Notes under the pieces: model-generated | The model's database searches: none | What the model saw: the letters and a program-made list of their open reading frames with translations, nothing else | Told to the model about the DNA's origin: nothing | Translations under genes and position numbers: made by a program | Source of the DNA: Utricularia gibba | Lineage: Eukaryota; Plantae; Magnoliophyta | Direction of reading: 5' to 3' | NCBI GenBank assembly: GCA_002189035.1 | Contig: NEEC01000346.1 | Location: 1 to 26,851 of the forward strand | Length of the DNA stretch: 26,851 nt | Shown here: positions 1 through 6,792 of the stretch, piece by piece | Layout: each line of letters starts with the position of its first letter | Position numbering within the stretch: the first letter of the stretch is position 1

Positions 1-957
1 TTTTTTTCCACGGCCGTATGGCCTTGTGGCTGCTGCTCGAGCACGCGGCATTAACCAAGCCCATGTGGCCTCGTGGTGCTGCTGCGTATGCACACGGGCT
101 GGGGGTCGCGCCGGGCATGAGCCCAAAGTCAGTTTTAGCCCGGCGAAAAAAGGGATGCATTTCTTAGCGTTGGGTTATCACGAGCCGCCTAATTTTTTTT
201 CGTGGAACACCATCTAGTTTTGTGGGGGGGCGCTCTCGAGGGGCCCTTGGCTTGGGCCCGGGTTCGGTCTGGCTGATGAGCCCACTCTGGTCCCACTCGG
301 CGAAAATCGTGACACATTTGTTGAAATTAGGATGTCACGTGCACCCAACACGGTTTTTTCAACAACACGCTTTATACTTGTGGAGACGCTCTCGGGGGGC
401 ACTCGAATCTTCCCATACGTCGTACCAGGCTCGAGCGTAAAGTCATTGTAGCCCGGCAAAGAAAGTGATGCATTTATTAACTTTGGGTTGTCACGAGCCG
501 CCTAAATGGTTTTCCATGGAACACCTTCTAGTTTTGGGGGGGAGGGGAGCGGGCGCTGCGCCTCGTCCGGGCCCGGGAGCCCGGTCCCGTCCGACTCGAC
601 GAAAATCGTGATGCATTTGTTGAAGTTAGGATGTCACGAGAACCGCACACGTTTTTTTTTCAACAACACACTTTATACTTAAGGAGGAGCTCTCGGGGGG
701 CACCCTGATCGGGCCGGAGGTCGTGCGAACTCAGGCCCAAAGTCAGCAGTAGCGCGCCAAAAAAAGTGATGCATTTATTAACGTTGGGTTGTGACGAGAC
801 GCGTATATGGTTTTTGAAGGAACACCTCCTCGTATTGAGGCGGGCGCTCTCGAGGGGCCCTTGGCCCGGGCCCCGGGTTCGGACGGGCTCATGGGCCCAC
901 TCGACGAAAATCATGATGCATTTGTTGAAATTGGGATGTCACGTGCACCCCACATTT

Positions 958-1206
958 GTTGAGCGAGGACGGCCAATTTTAGAGACTCGATGGGCCATTC
1001 TTCGATCAGCGTCCTACTATCTAGTTCAAACTCAAAGTCACATTATTCTTGCACAATTTCGTATGAATGAATATGGGATATGATCCGTTGGAAGCCCAAG
1101 TGTTAGAGAATTTTACTGAATCTGCTGAGCAAGGGGTTGTGAGTTCATAACAGCTGTTGAAACCTCTCCAGGGTGGTGTGCGTGGCGTGATGAGCTTTCT
1201 ACAATG
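958..1206 (+). pseudogene. PIF/Harbinger-type DDE transposase (DDE_Tnp_4 / HARBI1-like) C-terminal fragment, frameshifted; copy 1
   Basis: Manual translation in three segments: 958-1053 VERGRPILETRWAILRSASYYLVQTQSHIILA; 1049-1135 LHNFV*MNMGYDPLEAQVLENFTESAEQG; 1135-1206 GCEFITAVETSPGWCAWRDELSTM. This matches the remembered plant PIF/Harbinger transposase C-terminus (IERCFGLLKxRWAILR..S.YP...Q..II.ACCLLHNF.R.....DP.E ... W..WRD.LA..M) in motif order and spacing. Homology is convincing from 976 (ILETRW); 958-975 is tentative. Recognised from memory, not by search. Confidence 0.82.
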
Positions 1207-1322
1207 ACAAAAAAAATATTTTTATAATCATGTGATATATGTTTATTAAAATATAAATAATGTAAATACGTTAGTTATTAAAGCATATACTACATGTGAA
1301 AGTTTCTTAGTTTTTAATTTTA

Positions 1323-2026
1323 TTAGCATTCGACCCTTAGTTATACTTTGGATGGAGTGTGCATTTTTATTTTAATCATTTTAATTAGCATTCGATCCTT
1401 GGTTAAGATTCCAATCGAGTGTATATTTTTTATTTGAACGATTCTATTTGCATTCGATTCTAAGATATGATGCGGATCGAGCGTATATTTTTTATTTTAA
1501 TATTTTTATTGGCTTTCGGTCTTTAGACATGATTCGGATCGAGTGGAGATGGTTTACTTGAAACTTGTGTTAACGCTCGATCCTTAGGAGCAATGTGGAG
1601 CGTGTTTACATTGCAAGGGCACACGGGCGTGGGTTGTGCGTAAACCACGCCCGTGTGGCATGGCATTGTAATGTATACACGTTCTAAATTGCTCCTAACG
1701 GTGGAACGCTAATTAAGATTTAAAATAAATGAATATGCACTCGATCCAAAGTATACCTAAGGATCTAAGGCTAATAAAAATATGAGAGTGAAAAATATAC
1801 GCTCGATCCGCAGCATACCTAACGTTCGAATGCTAATAAAAAATATTAAAATAAAAAATACGCGCTCGATCCGCATTATACTTAAGGATCGAATGATAAT
1901 AAAAATATTTAAAGTAAAAAAATAGCAAATATGATCTGAATCATAACCAAGGATCGAATGCTAATTAAATTGACTAAAGTAAAAATACACACTCCATCCA
2001 AAGTACAACTGAGGATCAAATGGTAA
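1323..2026. repeat. ~62-bp modular subrepeats of the foldback arms (5 in the left arm, 6 inverted in the right arm); representative copy
   Basis: Left-arm TTAGCATTCGATCC-like starts at 1323, 1385, 1447, 1509, 1570. Right-arm CCTAAGGATCGAATGCTAA-like starts at 1694, 1756, 1818, 1881, 1946, 2008. Spacings are 61-65 bp. Confidence 0.9.
1620..1657. other. GC-rich perfect hairpin at the apex of the foldback; representative copy
   Basis: CACACGGGCGTGG (1620-1632) and CCACGCCCGTGTG (1645-1657) are exact reverse complements around a 12-nt loop, GTTGTGCGTAAA. Confidence 0.92.
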
Positions 2027-2125
2027 TAATTAAGTCAAAGAAGCTTTCACAGTTATCCTACGGTTTAATAAATAATGTATTTCAATTATTTATAATTTAA
2101 TAAACCTATATCATATGATTATGAT

Positions 2126-2282
2126 TAGAGATGGGCCTGGGTTGGATCCATTCAGGTTCGGACCCAACCCGATGAAATTCTGGGTATTACAGTTTGCATG
2201 ACCCATGGGGTTGTCTTTCTGTTCAACCCGAACGGGTTAAACCCTACGGGTTTTGATTGGGCCCGAACCGAACCAAGGGTTT
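2126..2282 (+). mobile_element. Orphan hAT-like transposon terminus with AACCC(G)/GGGTT subterminal motifs; representative copy
   Basis: Begins TAGAGATGGGC, resembling hAT TIR starts (Ac C/TAGGGATGAAA, Tam3 TAAAGATGTGAA). It is followed by clustered AACCCG, AAACCC, TGACCC, CGGGTT and ACCGAACC motifs. No matching opposite TIR is present in the monomer. Other copies start at 4461, 6796, 9129, 11463, 13795, 16126, 18458, 20792, 23116, 25434. Confidence 0.4.
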
Positions 2283-2350
2283 ATCAATTTTATTTTTTAT
2301 TTTTGGCTTATTGTATTTTATGGTTGTTTTTCTTTTTTTCCACGGCCGTA

Positions 2351-2432
2351 TGGCCTTGTGGCTGCTGCTCGAGCACGCGGGCATTAACCAAGCCCATGTG
2401 GCCTCGTGGTGCTGCTGCGTATGCACACGGGC
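2351..2432. repeat. Degenerate ~48-bp direct duplication in the linker; representative copy
   Basis: TGGCCTTGTGG-CTGCTGCTCGAGCACGCGGGC (from 2351) versus TGGCCTCGTGGTGCTGCTGCGTATGCACACGGGC (from 2399). Confidence 0.65.
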
Positions 2433-2433
2433 T

Positions 2434-3285
2434 GGGGGTCGCGCCGGGCATGAGCCCAAAGTCAGTTTTAGCCCGGCGAAAAAAGGGATGCATTTCTTAG
2501 CGTTGGGTTATCACGAGCCGCCTAATTTTTTTTCGTGGAACACCATCTAGTTTTGTGGGGGGGCGCTCTCGAGGGGCCCTTGGCTTGGGCCCCGGGTTCG
2601 GTCTGGCTGATGAGCCCACTCTGGTCCCACTCGGCGAAAATCGTGACACATTTGTTGAAATTAGGATGTCACGTGCACCCAACACGGTTTTTTCAACAAC
2701 ACGCTTTATACTTGTGGAGACGCTCTCGGGGGCACTCGAATCTTCCCATACGTCGTACCAGGCTCGAGCGTAAAGTCATTGTAGCCCGGCAAAGAAAGTG
2801 ATGCATTTATTAACTTTGGGTTGTCACGAGCCGCCTAAATGGTTTTCCATGGAACACCTTCTAGTTTTGGGGGGGAGGGGAGCGGGCGCTGCGCCTCGTC
2901 CGGGCCCCGGGAGCCCGGTCCCGTCCGACTCGACGAAAATCGTGATGCATTTGTTGAAGTTAGGATGTCACGAGAACCGCACACGGTTTTTTTCAACAAC
3001 ACACTTTATACTTAAGGAGGAGCTCTCGGTGGGGCACCCTGATCGAGCCGGAGGTCGTGCCGAACTCAGGCCCAAAGTCAGCAGTAGCGCGCCAAAAAAA
3101 GTGATGCATTTATTAACGTTGGGTTGTGACGAGACGCGTATATGGTTTTTGAAGGAACACCTCCTCGTATTGAGGCGGGCGCTCTCGAGGGGCCCTTGGC
3201 CCGGGCCCCGGGTTCGGACGGGCTCATGGGCCCACTCGACGAAAATCATGATGCATTTGTTGAAATTGGGATGTCACGTGCACCC
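2434..3285. repeat. GC-rich block of diverged ~150-bp subrepeats in alpha/beta alternation (~300-bp dimer); representative copy
   Basis: The anchor GATGCATTT(A/G/C)TT...GG(T/A)TGTCACG recurs at 2487 (alpha1), 2645 (beta1, GACACATTT), 2800 (alpha2), 2944 (beta2), 3103 (alpha3) and 3250 (beta3, truncated); spacings are 158, 155, 144, 159, 147. The same block is in every monomer: 101-950, 4769-5620, 7104-7954, 9436-10288, 11769-12619, 14102-14951, 16433-17282, 18765-19616, 21100-21947, 23424-24262, 25742-26587. Confidence 0.93.
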
Positions 3286-3292
3286 CACATTT

Positions 3293-3541
3293 GTTGAGCG
3301 AGGACGGCCAATTTTAGAGACTCGATGGGCCATTCTTCGATCAGCGTCCTACTATCTAGTTCAAACTCAAAGTCACATTATTCTTGCACAATTTCGTATG
3401 AATGAATATGGGATATGATCCGTTGGAAGCCCAAGTGTTAGAGAATTTTACTGAATCTGCTGAGCAAGGGGTTGTGAGTTCATAACAGCTGTTGAAACCT
3501 CTCCAGGGTGGTGTGCGTGGCGTGATGAGCTTTCTACAATG
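3293..3541 (+). pseudogene. PIF/Harbinger transposase C-terminal fragment; copy 2
   Basis: Same sequence and same lesions as 958-1206. Confidence 0.82.
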
Positions 3542-3558
3542 ACAAAAAAAATATTTTT

Positions 3559-4457
3559 ATAATCATGTGATATATGTTTATTAAAATATAAATAATGTAA
3601 ATACGTTAGTTATTAAAGCATATACTACATGTGAAAGTTTCTTAGTTTTTAATTTTATTAGCATTCGACCCTTAGTTATACTTTGGATGGAGTGTGCATT
3701 TTTATTTTAATCATTTTAATTAGCATTCGATCCTTGGTTAAGATTCCAATCGAGTGTATATTTTTTATTTGAACGATTCTATTTGCATTCGATTCTAAGA
3801 TATGATGCGGATCGAGCGTATATTTTTTATTTTAATATTTTTATTGGCTTTCGGTCTTTAGACATGATTCGGATCGAGTGGAGATGGTTTACTTGAAACT
3901 TGTGTTAACGCTCGATCCTTAGGAGCAATGTGGAGCGTGTTTACATTGCAAGGGCACACGGGCGTGGGTTGTGCGTAAACCACGCCCGTGTGGCATGGCA
4001 TTGTAATGTATACACGTTCTAAATTGCTCCTAACGGTGGAACGCTAATTAAGATTTAAAATAAATGAATATGCACTCGATCCAAAGTATACCTAAGGATC
4101 TAAGGCTAATAAAAATATGAGAGTGAAAAATATACGCTCGATCCGCAGCATACCTAACGTTCGAATGCTAATAAAAAATATTAAAATAAAAAATACGCGC
4201 TCGATCCGCATTATACTTAAGGATCGAATGATAATAAAAATATTTAAAGTAAAAAAATAGCAAATATGATCTGAATCATAACCAAGGATCGAATGCTAAT
4301 TAAATTGACTAAAGTAAAAATACACACTCCATCCAAAGTACAACTGAGGATCAAATGGTAATAATTAAGTCAAAGAAGCTTTCACAGTTATCCTACGGTT
4401 TAATAAATAATGTATTTCAATTATTTATAATTTAATAAACCTATATCATATGATTAT
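3559..4457. mobile_element. Foldback inverted repeat; copy 2
   Basis: Same sequence as 1224-2122. Confidence 0.7.
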
Positions 4458-5627
4458 GATTAGAGATGGGCCTGGGTTGGATCCATTCAGGTTCGGACCC
4501 AACCCGATGAAATTCTGGGTATTACAGTTTGCATGACCCATGGGGTTGTCTTTCTGTTCAACCCGAACGGGTTAAACCCTACGGGTTTTGATTGGGCCCG
4601 AACCGAACCAAGGGTTTATCAATTTTATTTTTTATTTTTGGCTTATTGTATTTTATGGTTGTTTTTCTTTTTTTCCACGGCCGTATGGCCTTGTGGCTGC
4701 TGCTCGAGCACGCGGGCATTAACCAAGCCCATGTGGCCTCGTGGTGCTGCTGCGTATGCACACGGGCTGGGGGTCGCGCCGGGCATGAGCCCAAAGTCAG
4801 TTTTAGCCCGGCGAAAAAAGGGATGCATTTCTTAGCGTTGGGTTATCACGAGCCGCCTAATTTTTTTTCGTGGAACACCATCTAGTTTTGTGGGGGGCGC
4901 TCTCGAGGGGCCCTTGGCTTGGGCCCCGGGTTCGGTCTGGCTGATGAGCCCACTCTGGTCCCACTCGGCGAAAATCGTGACACATTTGTTGAAATTAGGA
5001 TGTCACGTGCACCCAACACGGTTTTTTCAACAACACGCTTTATACTTGTGGAGACGCTCTCGGGGGGCACTCGAATCTTCCCATACGTCGTACCAGGCTC
5101 GAGCGTAAAGTCATTGTAGCCCGGCAAAGAAAGTGATGCATTTATTAACTTTGGGTTGTCACGAGCCGCCTAAATGGTTTTCCATGGAACACCTTCTAGT
5201 TTTGGGGGGGAGGGGAGCGGGCGCTGCGCCTCGTCCGGGCCCCGGGAGCCCGGTCCCGTCCGACTCGACGAAAATCGTGATGCATTTGTTGAAGTTAGGA
5301 TGTCACGAGAACCGCACACGGTTTTTTTCAACAACACACTTTATACTTAAGGAGGAGCTCTCGGTGGGGCACCCTGATCGAGCCGGAGGTCGTGCCGAAC
5401 TCAGGCCCAAAGTCAGCAGTAGCGCGCCAAAAAAAGTGATGCATTTATTAACGTTGGGTTGTGACGAGACGCGTATATGGTTTTTGAAGGAACACCTCCT
5501 CGTATTGAGGCGGGCGCTCTCGAGGGGCCCTTGGCCCGGGCCCCGGGTTCGGACGGGCTCATGGGCCCACTCGACGAAAATCATGATGCATTTGTTGAAA
5601 TTGGGATGTCACGTGCACCCCACATTT

Positions 5628-5876
5628 GTTGAGCGAGGACGGCCAATTTTAGAGACTCGATGGGCCATTCTTCGATCAGCGTCCTACTATCTAGTTCAAA
5701 CTCAAAGTCACATTATTCTTGCACAATTTCGTATGAATGAATATGGGATATGATCCGTTGGAAGCCCAAGTGTTAGAGAATTTTACTGAATCTGCTGAGC
5801 AAGGGGTTGTGAGTTCATAACAGCTGTTGAAACCTCTCCAGGGTGGTGTGCGTGGCGTGATGAGCTTTCTACAATG
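5628..5876 (+). pseudogene. PIF/Harbinger transposase C-terminal fragment; copy 3
   Basis: Same sequence and lesions as 958-1206. Confidence 0.82.
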
Positions 5877-5893
5877 ACAAAAAAAATATTTTT

Positions 5894-6792
5894 ATAATCA
5901 TGTGATATATGTTTATTAAAATATAAATAATGTAAATACGTTAGTTATTAAAGCATATACTACATGTGAAAGTTTCTTAGTTTTTAATTTTATTAGCATT
6001 CGACCCTTAGTTATACTTTGGATGGAGTGTGCATTTTTATTTTAATCATTTTAATTAGCATTCGATCCTTGGTTAAGATTCCAATCGAGTGTATATTTTT
6101 TATTTGAACGATTCTATTTGCATTCGATTCTAAGATATGATGCGGATCGAGCGTATATTTTTTATTTTAATATTTTTATTGGCTTTCGGTCTTTAGACAT
6201 GATTCGGATCGAGTGGAGATGGTTTACTTGAAACTTGTGTTAACGCTCGATCCTTAGGAGCAATGTGGAGCGTGTTTACATTGCAAGGGCACACGGGCGT
6301 GGGTTGTGCGTAAACCACGCCCGTGTGGCATGGCATTGTAATGTATACACGTTCTAAATTGCTCCTAACGGTGGAACGCTAATTAAGATTTAAAATAAAT
6401 GAATATGCACTCGATCCAAAGTATACCTAAGGATCTAAGGCTAATAAAAATATGAGAGTGAAAAATATACGCTCGATCCGCAGCATACCTAACGTTCGAA
6501 TGCTAATAAAAAATATTAAAATAAAAAATACGCGCTCGATCCGCATTATACTTAAGGATCGAATGATAATAAAAATATTTAAAGTAAAAAAATAGCAAAT
6601 ATGATCTGAATCATAACCAAGGATCGAATGCTAATTAAATTGACTAAAGTAAAAATACACACTCCATCCAAAGTACAACTGAGGATCAAATGGTAATAAT
6701 TAAGTCAAAGAAGCTTTCACAGTTATCCTACGGTTTAATAAATAATGTATTTCAATTATTTATAATTTAATAAACCTATATCATATGATTAT
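5894..6792. mobile_element. Foldback inverted repeat; copy 3
   Basis: Same sequence as 1224-2122. Confidence 0.7.

Larger units (their letters stand above)
1224..2122. mobile_element. ~899-bp long imperfect inverted repeat; putative non-autonomous foldback (MITE/MULE-like) element; copy 1
   Basis: 1224-1283 matches the reverse complement of 2063-2122 at 52/60 positions; 1346-1410 matches the reverse complement of 1939-2003 at 60/65; complementarity continues inward to a 13-bp perfect stem (1620-1632 / 1645-1657). The arms are built of ~62-bp modules. The inverted repeat is directly visible; transposon origin is inferred, and no diagnostic TSD or TIR motif was found. Confidence 0.7.

Noticed and set aside
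178-216. Helitron 3' end (hairpin followed by CTAG-T) at CATCTAGT / TTCTAGT
   Set aside because: Only 4-5-bp stems precede the CTAG, the motif is internal to the alpha subrepeats, and it does not coincide with a homology breakpoint.
101-950. rDNA intergenic spacer or 5S rDNA unit (2.3-kb tandem unit with GC-rich subrepeats and T-rich tract)
   Set aside because: There is no 5S, 18S, 5.8S or 25S sequence on either strand and no TATATAGGG-type Pol I start motif. Remote IGS ancestry of the subrepeats cannot be excluded without a search.
228-950. Synthetic polylinker or promoter motifs (dense CTCGAG, GGGCCC, CCCGGG, ATGCAT, CCATGG, CACGTG G-box, TGGGCC site II)
   Set aside because: The sites are embedded at homologous positions in naturally diverged subrepeats, and there is no vector sequence or downstream gene, so neither an engineered nor a regulatory role is supported.
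1207-1217. Poly(A) tail of a retroposed transposase mRNA (ACAAAAAAAA after the fragment)
   Set aside because: Only 8 A, directly after coding-like sequence with no 3' UTR and no TSD; an A8 run is unremarkable next to this AT-rich region.
1323-2026. Regularly spaced palindromic units resembling a CRISPR array or bacterial iterons/oriC (GATC-rich)
   Set aside because: The modules are homologous over their whole length (no unique spacers), are degenerate, and invert at the apex. There are no cas or rep genes, and the context is plant-type transposon debris.
1215-2131. Target-site duplication around the foldback (TA, TAA/TTA or 9 bp)
   Set aside because: The flanks (AATATTTTT versus GATTAGAGA) do not match. 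TAA on the left and TTA on the right are inverted, not direct, and TA is self-complementary, so it cannot be told apart from the arm itself.
2239-2282. Telo-box or telomeric repeat (AAACCCTAC, AGGGTTT)
   Set aside because: These are isolated imperfect words with no tandem TTTAGGG; they are better explained as subterminal AACCC/GGGTT motifs.
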